This document shows positions 31,040-42,300 of a stretch of DNA of 64,000 bases, one piece after another (positions within the stretch are counted from its first letter, which is position 1; each line of letters begins with the position of its first letter). Both the position numbers and the translations under genes were made by a program. The stretch comes from Massilia eburnea. GTDB lineage: Bacteria; Pseudomonadota; Gammaproteobacteria; Burkholderiales; Burkholderiaceae_D. The DNA is taken from contig NZ_WNKX01000004.1 of NCBI RefSeq assembly GCF_009720745.1, positions 127,421-191,420 of the forward strand, written 5' to 3'. Below the pieces are notes generated by a model. The model saw nothing but the letters and a program-made list of their open reading frames with translations. It did no database searches and had not been told where the DNA came from.

Positions 31040-32962
31040 ATGTTGCAGTACTATTTGATTGCTGGCCTGGTGGTGTTGATCATCCTGGTCATTGCCAGCA
31101 ACTGCATTGTTTACATCCCCAACGAAAAGCTTGGCATCGTTGAGAAAAAATGGTCCGGGCGCGGTTCGGTGCAGGGCGGCTTTATCGCACTGAATGGCGA
31201 AGCCGGCTTCCAGCCTGCCGTCCTGCGCGGCGGTTTCCACCTGTTCTTCCCCTTCCAGTACCGTGTGCATCGCCACGACCTGGTGACCATCCAGCAAGGG
31301 ACGCTGGCCTATGTGTTCGCGCGTGACGGCTTGCCGATGGCGCCAAGCCAGAACCTGGCCTGCAACAAGGCCGCCAATGATTTCACCGACGTGCGCGCCT
31401 TCCTCGACAACGGCGGCCAGAAAGGCTTGCAACGCAAGATCATGCGCGAAGGTACCTATGCCATCAACCTGGCGCAATTCGTCGTGCTGACCGAAGACCG
31501 CGTGTATGCCTTGCGCCTGCCCGGCGACGGCAACATCAACAGCAAGGGTGAAGTCGTGGGCTCGCTGGCGGCGGTGCTGGAAGACCTGTCCTCGCGCGGC
31601 GGCTTCCGCCCGCTGGTGATCCGCGAAGACAAGCTGGCCGTGGTCACCACGCATGAAGGCCGCTCGCTGCCGGAAGGTACCATTGTCGCCCCTGTGGTTG
31701 CAGGCGATCACCGCGATTACCAGGAGCCTGAGGCCTTCATCGACCATGGCGGCTTCAAAGGACGCCAACTGCAGGTTCTGGTGGAAGGTACCTACTACCT
31801 GAACGCCCGCTTCGCGACGCACGAGATCGTGGCCAAGACCATCGTGCCAGTCGGCTTCGTCGGCGTCGTGGTGTCTTATACCGGCAAGGAAGGCAACGAC
31901 ATCACCGGCGAGAGCTATCGCCACGGTGAACTGGTCGGCGACGACGAGAAGGGCGTGCAGGCGACGCCGCTGCTGCCTGGCAAATACGCGCTGAACCCGT
32001 ACGCCAAGAAAGTGATCGAAGTGCCGACCACGAACTTCATCCTGAAATGGCAGGCAGGCCAGGTCGGATCGCATGAACTGGACCGCAGCCTGTCGGAGAT
32101 TTCGCTGATCACGAAGGATGCTTTCGAGCCCGACCTGCCTTTGTCGGTAGTGGTCAATATCGACTACAAGATGGCGCCGCTGGTCATCCAGCGCTTTGGC
32201 GATATCCGCCGCCTGGTGGAGCAGACGCTGGACCCGATGGTCGCCGCCTACTTCAAGAATATCGGCCAGGGCAAAACGCTGATCGAGCTGCTGCAGGAAC
32301 GTTCCGACATCCAGGAGCGCGCCAAGGAGGAAATGCGCCGTAATTTCGCAGGCTACAACCTGACGCTGAACGAAGTGCTGATTGGTACGCCGCGCGCCAA
32401 ACAAGGCGACACGCAGATCGAGACGATCTTGCGCCAGCTGCGTGAACGCCAGGTGTCGCGTGAACAGCTCGAGACGTACAAGACCAAGGAAGCAGCGGCG
32501 GTGCAGGAACGCATCCTGCGCGAAGCGGAAGCGCGCGCCAGCCAGCAGACCTCGATCACGCAGTCCGAGCTGGCGGTGAAGATTGCCGAGAACAACGGTT
32601 CCGCCGCCGTGCAGAAGGCCATCAAGTCAGCTGAGGAAGCGCGCCAGATGGCAGCCGGTTCCGCCGACGCCAAGCGCAAGCTGGCCGAAGCCGAGGCGTA
32701 CCAAGTAGCAGCGATTGGCCAGGCGCAAGCCAAGGCAACCGAGATGAACGTCGCCGCCTATGGCGGCCCTGAGCTGCAGTTCCAGCAGACGGTGCTGATG
32801 CGATTTGCGGAAGCGATCGAGCGCGGCCAGGTGCAACTGGTGCCCTCGATCCAGGTCGGCGGCAGCGGCCAGGGCAGCGGCAGCGCCATCGACGCCTTCA
32901 TGGCGATGGCAGTGAAGGAAATGGCAGCGCGCCAGCTCAAGCAAGAGCAGCCCGCCGCCTAA
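31040..32962 (+). CDS. Flotillin-like SPFH/band-7 membrane protein (YqiK family) with long C-terminal coiled coil
   Basis: N-terminal TM (YYLIAGLVVLIILVIASNCIV), SPFH domain, EA-rich flotillin-type repeats (EAEARASQQ..., KLAEAEAYQVAAIGQAQAKATE). Confidence 0.75.
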   Translation: MLQYYLIAGLVVLIILVIASNCIVYIPNEKLGIVEKKWSGRGSVQGGFIALNGEAGFQPAVLRGGFHLFFPFQYRVHRHDLVTIQQGTLAYVFARDGLPMAPSQNLACNKAANDFTDVRAFLDNGGQKGLQRKIMREGTYAINLAQFVVLTEDRVYALRLPGDGNINSKGEVVGSLAAVLEDLSSRGGFRPLVIREDKLAVVTTHEGRSLPEGTIVAPVVAGDHRDYQEPEAFIDHGGFKGRQLQVLVEGTYYLNARFATHEIVAKTIVPVGFVGVVVSYTGKEGNDITGESYRHGELVGDDEKGVQATPLLPGKYALNPYAKKVIEVPTTNFILKWQAGQVGSHELDRSLSEISLITKDAFEPDLPLSVVVNIDYKMAPLVIQRFGDIRRLVEQTLDPMVAAYFKNIGQGKTLIELLQERSDIQERAKEEMRRNFAGYNLTLNEVLIGTPRAKQGDTQIETILRQLRERQVSREQLETYKTKEAAAVQERILREAEARASQQTSITQSELAVKIAENNGSAAVQKAIKSAEEARQMAAGSADAKRKLAEAEAYQVAAIGQAQAKATEMNVAAYGGPELQFQQTVLMRFAEAIERGQVQLVPSIQVGGSGQGSGSAIDAFMAMAVKEMAARQLKQEQPAA

Positions 32963-33078
32963 GCCGAGCCCGTGTCCCACCATGGGGTCACACCCGAAAT
33001 GGGACACGGGCTCTAGTGTTATGCACTTGAGTTCGTGTCCCGAAACGGGTGTGACCCCAGGGTGGGACACGAGCTCGG
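32963..33078. repeat. REPIN-like pair of a second REP family (gtgtcccac...ggtcacac / gtgtgacc...gtgggacac), two inverted approximately 48-bp palindromic units
   Basis: gagcccgtgtcccaccatggggtcacacccgaaatgggacacgggctc and gagttcgtgtcccgaaacgggtgtgaccccagggtgggacacgagctc. Confidence 0.55.
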
Positions 33079-33083
33079 CTGTA

Positions 33084-34367
33084 TTACAGGGCGGCGAAGA
33101 CTTTCTTGGCGGCGGCGATGGTGGCGTCGATCACGGCGTCGTCGTGCTGGGCGCTGACGAAGCCGGCTTCGAAGGCGGCCGGGGCGAAGTAGACGCCTTC
33201 GTCCAGCATCTTGTGGAAGAAGACGTTGAACTTCTCGCGGTCGCCGGCCATCATTTCTGCGTAGTTGTTCGGTGGGGTGGCGCTGAAGTACAGGCCGAAC
33301 ATGCCGCCTTCGGCGTCGGCGCAGAAGGTGACGCCGGCTTCTTTGGCGGCGGCGGTCAGGCCGTCGGCCAGGCGGCGCGCGCTGCGGGCCAGGCCTTCGT
33401 AGAAGCCGGGTTGCTGGATCAGCTTCAGGGTGGTCATGCCGGCCGCCACGGCAACCGGGTTGCCGGACAGGGTGCCGGCCTGGTACACGGCGCCGACCGG
33501 CGACATTTTCGACATCAGTTCTTTGGAACCGCCAAAAGCCGCCACCGGCAGGCCGCCGCCAATCACCTTGCCCAGGGCAGTCAGGTCGGGCTTGATGCCG
33601 TACAGCGCCTGCGCGCCACCCAGGCCGACGCGGAAGCCGCACATCACTTCGTCGAAGATCAGGATGGCGCCGTGCCTGGTGCACAGCTCGCGCAGCGCGC
33701 CCAGGAATTCCGGCGTGCCTTTGATCAGGTTCATATTGCCGGCCACCGGTTCCACGATCACGCAGGCGATTTCGTCGCCGTATTCTTCAAACGCGGCGCG
33801 GATGGCGTCCACGTTGTTGTAGTCCAGCACCAGGGTGTGCTTCACGAAGTCTTCCGGTACGCCGGCCGAAGTCGGGTTGCCGAAGGTGAGCAGGCCGCTG
33901 CCGGCTTTCACCAGCAGGGAGTCGGCGTGGCCGTGGTAGCAGCCTTCGAACTTGATGATCTTGTCGCGGCCGGTGGCGCCGCGCGCCAGGCGCAGGGCGC
34001 TCATGGTCGCTTCCGTGCCGGAGGAGACCAGGCGCACCTGTTCGATCGACGGCACCAGGCGGCAGATTTCTTCCGCCATCTCGATTTCAGCTTCGGTCGG
34101 GGCGCCGAAGGACAGGCCGCGGGTGGCCGCTTCCTGCACCGCCTTCACCACCTCGGGATGGGCGTGGCCGACAATCGCCGGGCCCCAGGAGCCGATGTAG
34201 TCGATATAGCGCTTGCCGTCCGCATCCCAGAAGTAGGGGCCTTCGGCGCGGGTGATGAAGCGCGGCGTGCCGCCCACGGAACGGAAGGCGCGCACCGGCG
34301 AGTTGACGCCGCCTGGGGTGGATTTCTGGGCGCGTTCGAACAGGATGTCGTTTTTCGAAGTAGTCAT
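33084..34367 (-). CDS. hemL: Glutamate-1-semialdehyde 2,1-aminomutase
   Basis: [28 protein letters not shown]... PLP aminotransferase class III. Start ATG 34365-34367. Confidence 0.9.
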   Translation of the reverse strand: MTTSKNDILFERAQKSTPGGVNSPVRAFRSVGGTPRFITRAEGPYFWDADGKRYIDYIGSWGPAIVGHAHPEVVKAVQEAATRGLSFGAPTEAEIEMAEEICRLVPSIEQVRLVSSGTEATMSALRLARGATGRDKIIKFEGCYHGHADSLLVKAGSGLLTFGNPTSAGVPEDFVKHTLVLDYNNVDAIRAAFEEYGDEIACVIVEPVAGNMNLIKGTPEFLGALRELCTRHGAILIFDEVMCGFRVGLGGAQALYGIKPDLTALGKVIGGGLPVAAFGGSKELMSKMSPVGAVYQAGTLSGNPVAVAAGMTTLKLIQQPGFYEGLARSARRLADGLTAAAKEAGVTFCADAEGGMFGLYFSATPPNNYAEMMAGDREKFNVFFHKMLDEGVYFAPAAFEAGFVSAQHDDAVIDATIAAAKKVFAAL

Positions 34368-35173
34368 GGCTTGAAGAATCGATTGGGGACAAAGCGCCCC
34401 ATGCCATAGCGTTGGGCATGGAGCAGGGTCTGGTAGGTGTATTGCTCGGCGCGTTCCACCGCTTCCGGCACGGCCAGGCCGTGCGCCAGATAGGCGGCAA
34501 TCGCGGCCGACAAGGTGCCGCCGGCGCCGACGAAGGGGCCCGGCAGGTGCTGCCATTTGTCGTGGCGCAGCACGCCTTCGCTGCTGTACAGGGTGTTGGC
34601 GCGCTGGCCGCTGCCGGCATTGGTGCCGGTCACCAGCACGTATTCGCAGCCGAGGTCGATCAGGTGTTCGGCGTCGTCGGCCATGGTTTCGCCGTTGCCC
34701 AGGTCGCGCCAGGTTTCGGCCATGCGCGCCAGTTCCACTTCGGACAGCATCAGCAGCGTGGCCTGCGGCACCAGCAGCTGGCGCAGTACGGTCAGGAATT
34801 CTTCGGGATCGTCTTCGTCGCTTGGCTGCGGCAGCTGGCTGCCGAAGGGATCGAGCACCAGGGGCGCGTCAGGATAGTCGGAGACGATTTCAGCCAGGGT
34901 GGAGACGTGTTCCAGGTGGTCCAGGGCGCCAATCTTGAACGCTTGCACCGGCACGTCTTCCAGCACCATGCGGGCCTGGTCGGCCACCCAGTCGGGGTCG
35001 ACGTGCTGCTGTTCTTCGACGCGGGCGCTGTCACCGACCAGCAGGGCGGTGGTGGCGGACAGGCCGCGGCAGCCCAGGGCATTGAACACGGCCAGGTCGG
35101 CATGTACGCCGACCGCACCGACCGGATCGGCCACGCCAAAAGTCAGGATCAGGGGAGATGTTTGGTTTTGCAC
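34364..35173 (-). CDS. thiD: Hydroxymethylpyrimidine/phosphomethylpyrimidine kinase
   Basis: ...[26 protein letters not shown]...KIGAL... ThiD/PfkB-like. Stop overlaps the hemL start. Confidence 0.8.
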   Translation of the reverse strand: MQNQTSPLILTFGVADPVGAVGVHADLAVFNALGCRGLSATTALLVGDSARVEEQQHVDPDWVADQARMVLEDVPVQAFKIGALDHLEHVSTLAEIVSDYPDAPLVLDPFGSQLPQPSDEDDPEEFLTVLRQLLVPQATLLMLSEVELARMAETWRDLGNGETMADDAEHLIDLGCEYVLVTGTNAGSGQRANTLYSSEGVLRHDKWQHLPGPFVGAGGTLSAAIAAYLAHGLAVPEAVERAEQYTYQTLLHAQRYGMGRFVPNRFFKP

Positions 35174-35230
35174 GGCGGGTAGATTAAGATACCTAATTCA
35201 GCATTTTACTTTATTAGAAGGTGACTCAAC

Positions 35231-35422
35231 GTGAGCAGCAATGAACCAAGCCAGGAATTCCAAAGCTGGATGTGCCTGATCTGTGGCTGGATTTATGACG
35301 AAGCCGCCGGCTTGCCGGAAGAGGGCATCGCGCCCGGCACCCGCTGGGCCGACGTGCCGATGAACTGGACTTGCCCCGAATGCGGCGCGCGCAAGGATGA
35401 TTTCGAGATGGTGGCCATCTAA
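35231..35422 (+). CDS. Rubredoxin
   Basis: Two Cys pairs: CLICGWIYDE ... CPECGARKDDFEMV; 63 aa. Confidence 0.85.
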   Translation: MSSNEPSQEFQSWMCLICGWIYDEAAGLPEEGIAPGTRWADVPMNWTCPECGARKDDFEMVAI

Positions 35423-35572
35423 AAAGTTAATCCGGCGTCAATTGAGTTTCAATTTACTCAAATAGTGTTTCAAAGCTATCAAATAAATAAGTGTTTCTTT
35501 TAAGCAGCAGACGCTCCTAAGCGACTGTCCCCTGTGCTATCGTAGCGAGAATATAGGGTAACTGACTCACAA
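35423..35572 (+). promoter_or_regulatory. AT-rich leader/promoter region of the pilG operon with a ttgagt-N8-actcaa palindrome
   Basis: 150-bp AT-rich gap. Palindrome caattgagtttcaatttactcaaatag. SD-like aggg before the pilG ATG. Confidence 0.3.
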
Positions 35573-35974
35573 ATGACGACTACACCGCAAGGAAATGGCT
35601 TGAAAATCATGGTTATCGACGATAGCAGCACCATTCGTCGATCCGCGGAAATTTTCCTGACCCAGGCGGGTTACCAGGTGGTATTGGCCGAGGACGGTTT
35701 CGATGCGCTGGCCAAGATCAACGACCATCAACCGTCGTTGATCTTCTGCGACATCCTGATGCCGCGCCTGGATGGTTACCAGACCTGCGCCCTGATCAAA
35801 AAGAGTGCGAAGTTCCATTCCACCCCAGTGCTGATGCTCTCCTCCAAGGATGGCCTGTTCGACCGCGCGCGCGGCGCCATGGTCGGTTCGGCTGCCTACC
35901 TGACCAAACCCTTCACAAAAGATAGCCTGTTGACTGCAGTGCGAGAGCACACTGCGGCCGCCAGTGCGCAATAA
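35573..35974 (+). CDS. pilG: Twitching-motility response regulator PilG (CheY-like)
   Basis: KIMVIDDSSTIRRSAEIFLTQAGYQV...DGFDALAKI...DILMPRLDGYQTCALIK...LSSKDGLFD...YLTKPF, close match to PilG. Confidence 0.85.
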   Translation: MTTTPQGNGLKIMVIDDSSTIRRSAEIFLTQAGYQVVLAEDGFDALAKINDHQPSLIFCDILMPRLDGYQTCALIKKSAKFHSTPVLMLSSKDGLFDRARGAMVGSAAYLTKPFTKDSLLTAVREHTAAASAQ

Positions 35975-35995
35975 ACGTATTACAGAGAGTAAAGC

Positions 35996-36361
35996 ATGGC
36001 AATTCAACGAATCCTGATCGTCGACGACTCCCCAACCGAGCGTTATTACCTGACCGATATCCTGGTGCGTAGCGGTTTCACCGTTTCCACCGCTGAAAAT
36101 GGCGAAGAAGCCATGGCCAAGATCAAGGCCGACAAGCCGCAACTGATCCTGATGGACGTGGTGATGCCTGGCCAGAACGGCTTCCAGGTCACGCGCGCCA
36201 TCGCCAAGGACCCGGAACTGCAGGATGTGCCGATCATCATCTGCTCGTCCAAGAACCAGGAAACCGACCGCATCTGGGGCATCCGCCAGGGCGCCAAGGA
36301 CTACCTGGTCAAGCCGGTCGACGCAGCCGAGCTGCTGGCCAAGATCGCCGCACTCGGTTAA
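35996..36361 (+). CDS. pilH: Response regulator PilH (CheY-like)
   Basis: RILIVDDSPTE...DVVMPGQNGFQ...KDQETD..WG.RQGA.DYL.KP. Confidence 0.85.
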   Translation: MAIQRILIVDDSPTERYYLTDILVRSGFTVSTAENGEEAMAKIKADKPQLILMDVVMPGQNGFQVTRAIAKDPELQDVPIIICSSKNQETDRIWGIRQGAKDYLVKPVDAAELLAKIAALG

Positions 36362-36364
36362 GCG

Positions 36365-36910
36365 ATGACGACCGAACAGCAGGCGCCGACGGGCGCAGAA
36401 CGCCGCAGCCGCCTGCGGCAATACCAGGTTACGCTGCTGGAGCGCATGCAGGCCGCCAAGGCCGGCACCGGCAATGCCGGGCGCGAACTGGGCGTGCTGC
36501 TGGGCGGCCGGCGCTGCCTGCTGGACCTGACGCAGGTCGGTGAAATCGTTCCTTTCCAGGCCGTGACGGCGGTTCCGCTGTCGCAGGACTGGTACCGCGG
36601 CCTGGCAAATATCCGCGGCAACCTGGTCGGCGTGGTCGACCTGGCGCGCTACATGGGCGAGGCTGGCACCCAGCCCGGTCCGGACAGCCGCCTGGTGACG
36701 TTCGCCACCCACCTTGGCTTCAATTGCGCCATCCTGGCCGGCCGCGTGCTTGGCTTGCGCAACCTGGATGAAATGGTGGAACAAGCACCGGACAGCGGGC
36801 AACCTGCCTGGGGTAGCCAGCAATTCAACGACCGTGAAGCGCAGCAGTGGACCAGGCTGGACCTGGCCGAACTGGTGCGTGAAGCGCGGTTCCTGCAAGT
36901 CGGCCTGTAA
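36365..36910 (+). CDS. pilI: CheW-like coupling protein PilI
   Basis: Single CheW domain, in position between pilH and pilJ. Confidence 0.75.
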   Translation: MTTEQQAPTGAERRSRLRQYQVTLLERMQAAKAGTGNAGRELGVLLGGRRCLLDLTQVGEIVPFQAVTAVPLSQDWYRGLANIRGNLVGVVDLARYMGEAGTQPGPDSRLVTFATHLGFNCAILAGRVLGLRNLDEMVEQAPDSGQPAWGSQQFNDREAQQWTRLDLAELVREARFLQVGL

Positions 36911-36967
36911 TTGCGACCCGCCAGGGGGCGGGCGCCACAATATCGTAAGCGATCGGGGGATGTAGTA

Positions 36968-39298
36968 ATGGCATTTAAATTGTTCTCGCGCTCCGCACCG
37001 GAGACCAGCCCTGAGCTTGGCTCCAATTCGGAGTTTTCCAGTTTCAATAATTCGGCCTACGAGCAGCCCGGAGCGGCCGTTGCCGAAGCGGTTGCCGCAC
37101 CTGAAGTGGCGGACAACGCCGCTGCCACGGCCGAAGCTGCCGAAGGGGCGCGCGGCCTGCTGGACCGCCTGCGTTCGAGCGCGATGGGCGAGGCCGCAGC
37201 CAACGTCAAGCTGCCCCTGATCGGCCACCTGCCCAGCGCACGCCAACTGAGCCTGCTGTCCACCACGCTGGGTGTGTCGATCCTGCTGTCGGTGGTGTTC
37301 GTGGCATGGAACGCCTACAACAGCGGCGTGGCGTCGACCCGTACCCAGATCGCTTCCGACGTGCTGATGCACTCGCAGCGTATCGGCAAGGCGGCGCCGA
37401 ACGCGATTAAAGGCAACAAGGATGCGACCAAGCAGCTGGAAGAGAGCCGCAGCGAACTGAATCGCGCCTTGCTGACGCTGGCCGACGGCGGCCGCTACGC
37501 AGGCCACTCGGTGCTGTCGGCGCCGGGCGCGGTGCTGCCGGCGCTGAACGATGCCCGCAAGAAGTGGACCGCTTCCGACAAGGCCGCATCCACCATCGCC
37601 AAATACAAATGGGACCTGGCCGGCCTGGACGAGACCCTGCAAAAGCTGAACGCCATGTCGCCTGACCTGCTGTCGCTGACCGAGGAAGTGTCGTCGGCGC
37701 GCCTGAAGCAGGGCGGCAGCGCGAAGGAACTGGCGGCGCTGGGCAAGCTGGGCATGCTGACCCAGCGCATGAGCCGCAGCGCCTCGACCTTCCTGACCGA
37801 GGGCGGCATTTCCTCCTCCGAGACCGCATTCCAGCTGGGCCGCGACGCTACCGTGTTCCGCCAGACCGTGGACGGCTTCCTGGGCGGCAGCGATAGCCTC
37901 GGCCTGCCTTCCGTGAAGGACGCCGAGACCCGCGAAAACCTGCAAGCCCTGAAGAAGGGCTTCGAGGACTACGACAAGCTGGTCAAGTTCATTCTGGACC
38001 GTCTGGAAAAATTCTCCGCTGCGAAGAGCGCGGAACGACTGCTGTTCACCGAGAACGAAGACGTACGTGCCAGCTTTGCGACCCTGCAGGGCAAGCTGCG
38101 TGAGCAGCAGGACTCGCTGGGCCTGTCCTTCTGGCTGATGGTGGCCGGCCTGGTGGTGACCCTGATCTCCGCTGCGGCGATCGGCCGCGTGCTGCTGCTC
38201 GATTCGCAGAATCGTGGCCGCGCTTCCGAGCGCCGCCGCCAGGAAGCGGAAGCAATGCGCTTGAAAGCGCAGCAGCAGGAAGAAGAAACCAAGGCCATTA
38301 ACGAGCAGAACCAGGCCGCAATTTTGCGCCTGATGAACGAACTGCAGGAAGTGGCGGACGGTGACTTGACTGTGCAGGCAACCGTGTCCGAAGACATTAC
38401 CGGCGCGATCGCCGACTCGGTTAACTACACCGTGGAAGAGCTGCGCGGGCTGGTGGGCCGCGTGACCATCACCGCCGAGCAGGTGACGTCCGCATCGACC
38501 CACGCCCAGGGCATTTCCAACGACCTGCTGACCGCATCGGCGGCGCAGTCGAAAGAGATTCAGGACGCGTCCAACACCGTCGTGAAGATGGCCAACGAGA
38601 TTACCGACGTGTCGCGCAGCGCGGCAGAATCGGCGGACGTTGCCCGCCAGTCGGTTGATGCGGCGCGCCAGGGTGCGGAAGCGGTGCAGAACGCGATCAA
38701 GGGTATGGACGAGATCCGCGAGCAGATCCAGGAAACCTCGAAGCGCATCAAGCGACTGGGTGAATCGTCGCAGGAGATTGGCGAAATTACCGAGCTGATT
38801 TCCGACATTACCGAACAGACCAACGTGCTGGCGCTGAACGCGGCGATCCAGGCGGCGTCGGCAGGCGAAGCAGGCCGAGGCTTCTCGGTGGTTGCGGAAG
38901 AGGTTCAGCGACTGGCGGAACGTTCCGCCGAAGCGGCCAAGCAGATCGGTGCGCTGGTGAAGACCATTCAGACCGACACCCACGACGCGGTGGCCGCTAT
39001 GGAAAAATCCACGCAGGGTGTGGTTGAAGGTGCAAAACTGTCCGACGCGGCAGGTACCGCACTGCAGGACATCTCGCAGGTGTCGAACCGCCTGGCGGAG
39101 CTGATTCAGGGCATTTCCTATGCAACCGGCCAGCAGGCGACATCGGCAAACGGCGTTGCGCACAATATGCAGCACATCCTGCAGGTGACGCAGCAAACCC
39201 AGGACGGTACCCAGCAGACCGCAACGTCGGTTCGCAAACTGACCTCCCTGGCGCAGGAGCTGAAGAACTCCGTGTCGCGATTCCGAGTAAGTGCTTAA
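36968..39298 (+). CDS. pilJ: Methyl-accepting chemotaxis protein PilJ
   Basis: Two TM segments flanking a periplasmic domain, HAMP region, and the highly conserved MCP signalling domain (...[40 protein letters not shown]...). Confidence 0.8.
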   Translation: MAFKLFSRSAPETSPELGSNSEFSSFNNSAYEQPGAAVAEAVAAPEVADNAAATAEAAEGARGLLDRLRSSAMGEAAANVKLPLIGHLPSARQLSLLSTTLGVSILLSVVFVAWNAYNSGVASTRTQIASDVLMHSQRIGKAAPNAIKGNKDATKQLEESRSELNRALLTLADGGRYAGHSVLSAPGAVLPALNDARKKWTASDKAASTIAKYKWDLAGLDETLQKLNAMSPDLLSLTEEVSSARLKQGGSAKELAALGKLGMLTQRMSRSASTFLTEGGISSSETAFQLGRDATVFRQTVDGFLGGSDSLGLPSVKDAETRENLQALKKGFEDYDKLVKFILDRLEKFSAAKSAERLLFTENEDVRASFATLQGKLREQQDSLGLSFWLMVAGLVVTLISAAAIGRVLLLDSQNRGRASERRRQEAEAMRLKAQQQEEETKAINEQNQAAILRLMNELQEVADGDLTVQATVSEDITGAIADSVNYTVEELRGLVGRVTITAEQVTSASTHAQGISNDLLTASAAQSKEIQDASNTVVKMANEITDVSRSAAESADVARQSVDAARQGAEAVQNAIKGMDEIREQIQETSKRIKRLGESSQEIGEITELISDITEQTNVLALNAAIQAASAGEAGRGFSVVAEEVQRLAERSAEAAKQIGALVKTIQTDTHDAVAAMEKSTQGVVEGAKLSDAAGTALQDISQVSNRLAELIQGISYATGQQATSANGVAHNMQHILQVTQQTQDGTQQTATSVRKLTSLAQELKNSVSRFRVSA

Positions 39299-39310
39299 TT
39301 AATAGATTCC

Positions 39311-42300
39311 ATGAGCAAACCTGATCTTTCGTTCACCGCTTTGCCGCAATACGACACCGGACCGCTGTCCTGGGTCATGGGGGAGATCCGCGAAGCGCTA
39401 GCCCGTTCCCGCACCGCGCTGTTTGAGGCCGGCGGGCGTGATCCGGAAGATCAGACCACGGCGCTGATGCACGCCAAGTCCCACCTGCACCAGGCGCACG
39501 GCGCCCTGCAGATGGTGGACGTGGACGGCGTCGCGCTGCTGACCCAGCTGGCGGAAGTGGTGCTGGACCGCATGCGCGACGGCACGCTCAAATGCACGCC
39601 GGACCACGTGCAGCTGCTGGCCAATATGTACCAGGCGCTGACCGAATTCCTGGAGGAGCTGCTGGCCGGTGCGCCATTCCAGCCGGTGCGCCTGTTCCCC
39701 TTCTTCCGCGATATCCAGGATTTGCTGGGCATCGACCGGGTGCACCCGGCCGACCTGTTCTTCCCGGACGTGTCGCACGTGCCGGAGCTGCCGGCGGCGT
39801 TGCCGGCGGCAGGCATGCCGGCTGGCGAACCCGATTACAAGGCTTTGCGCCAGCGCTTCGAACGCGCTTTGCTGCCGTACCTGAAGGCTGCCGATGCGGG
39901 CAGCCAGGCTATCCACGCCGCTGCATTGCAAGCGGCCATTACCGATGTGGCCGACCAGCAGCGCGAGTACAAGCCGCGCGTGTTCTGGCGCGCCATGCAG
40001 GCCTTCGCCGAACTGGTGGTGGGCGGCCAGCAGGAGAGCAACCGTTACGTCAAGCAGCTGTTCGGCCTGATCAACCTGCAGCTGCGCCGCCTGTCGGCCG
40101 GTTCGCCGGAACTGCCGGACAATGTGCTGCGCGAGGCGCTGTTCTTCGTCGCTTCGGCCGACCCGGAGACCTTGCCGCCGCTGGCACGCCAGCTGCGCGC
40201 CGGCTATGCGCTGGATGGCATGGTGCCGCATGATTTCGAATCCCGCCGCTACGGCAACATCGACGACGCTTCGCTGGCCGCTGCCAAGGACGGCATCGCC
40301 CACGCGCGTTCGGTGTGGCAGCGCCTGGAGCAGAACGAGAACACAGCGGAACTGAATAACGATTTCGAGCAGTCCCTGGCCAAGGTGGCCGAGTCCAGCG
40401 ACAAGCTGGGACTGGGCGCGCTGGCTGCGCTGCTGCGCCAGCTGGCCGATTCGGCGCGCGCCACCGCCGGCTCCCGCCGCAGCGAGGCGCTGGGCCTGGA
40501 AATGGCGACCGCGCTGCTGTTCGCGGAGCACGGCATTGCCCAGATCCGCCACCTGCCTGACGATTTCAACGCCCACGCCGACACCATCGCGGCGCGCCTG
40601 AAGGCCCTGCAGGGCGGCGGCGCGGCGCCGGAACCGGCGCAATGGCAAGGCGGCCTGGCCCGCCAGCTGCACGAAGACGACACCGTGGTGGCGCTGGCGC
40701 AAGAGATGAAGAGCGGCCTGCGCCAGGTGGAGAAGGTGCTGGACGAGTACTACACCGATCCGGCCCAGCGCACCTCCCTGGGTGAGCTGGACAAGGTGCT
40801 GCACCAGCTGCACGGCGCCTGCGCCATCCTGGACCAGGACGACGCGATGAACGCCGCCGCCCACGTGCGCATTGAAATCGGCCGCCTGGCCACCGGCCAG
40901 TTCGACGAGGCGCACGAATCCAAAGCGCTGAGCGACATCGCACAGAACGTCGGCGCGCTGGGCTTCTTCGTCGACATGCTGGCCCAGAATCCGTCCGGCG
41001 CGCGCGAACGCTTTGCCTTCGATCCGGAGCAGGGCACCTTCCGCGCCGTGCCGTTCAAGAAGATTTCGGGTCCTGAATCGATCCCGGTGCTGGAGGAAGC
41101 GCTGCCGGAGCCGGAAGCGGCGCCGGAGCCGGTGCTGACCGCGCCCGTGCCTGAAGCCAGCGCCGCCGGCGACGAGCAGGTGGAAGCGGAACTGCTGGAG
41201 ATCTTCATCGGCGAGGCGCAGGAAGTGCTGGCCTTCGTGCGTGAAACGCTGGCGCGTCCGCATGCCGAAATCTCGAACCTCGATACGCAGACCATGCTGC
41301 GCCGCTCCTTCCACACGCTGAAGGGCAGCAGCCGCATGGTGGGCCTGAACCGCTTCGGCGATGGCGCGCACGCGATCGAAAAGGTCATGAACCTGTTCCT
41401 GGCCGAGGAGCGCAAGCCGACGGAAGCCCTGTTCGGCCTGCTCAATTACGCGGCCGAGGAAATGTCGGCATGGGTCGACGAACTGGCCACTACCGGCAAC
41501 TCGGCACGCCAGGAACAGCCTATCGTCGATGCCGCCACGTGCGTGCAAGAGGGCGGTCCCTTCGAACGCCCGGCAGCGGGTACGCAAGCAGCTGCACCAG
41601 TTGCCGCTGCCCCGGCAGCCGAAGCAGCTGCCGCACCAGTTGCCGAGCCGGAAGCCGAAACTGCCGCCGCCGATGCCGCCGAAGAAATCATCGCTGCCCC
41701 GCTGCCGCATGACGGCGAGCTCGTCCTCGAGGAGCTGAGCTTCGAGGAGCCGCCTGCCGAGCCGGCAATCGAGCCAACGCCCGTCGCTGACAGCCAGGCG
41801 CCTGCCGCCGACGCGCCATTCGACTTCGCCGCGCTCGATAGCGAACTGTCCCTGGCGCTGCCGGAAGCGGAAGCGCCGGCTGCGCTGGAACCCGCCCACA
41901 GCGAACTTGGCGCCGACCTGCCGGTTGCCGAATACGTGGAAGGCGAGCCCGCCGCCGACTTGCAACTGGAGGCTGCGGAAGACGCGGCGCCAGCGCGTCC
42001 GACCAATGTGATCGACTTCCCGACTGCCACCGCGCCAACACCGCCGGCGCCGCCAGCGGAAGACAATATGAAATTCGTGGGACGCCTGGCGATCCCGCTC
42101 CCGCTGTACAACATTTACATGGCGGAGACCGACGAACTGGTACGCCACATTTCGCGCGATTTCGGCGAATGGCGACATGAACAGCGTGCGGTCAATCCGG
42201 AAGCGCTGCAAGCCGTCCACACCCTGACCGGCACCTCCGGCACGGTAGGCTTCAAGCCGCTGCGCGAGCTGTCCTACGCACTGGAAACGACGCTGCAGCA

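Noticed and set aside
35174-35230. Possible TPP riboswitch upstream of thiD
   Set aside because: Only 57 bp of divergent intergenic sequence, too short for a THI-box aptamer, and no conserved CUGAGA motif seen.
35567-39196. 1209-aa ORF antisense to pilG-pilJ
   Set aside because: Spans four well-supported plus-strand genes. Arg/Gly/Ala-rich nonsense typical of high-GC shadow frames.
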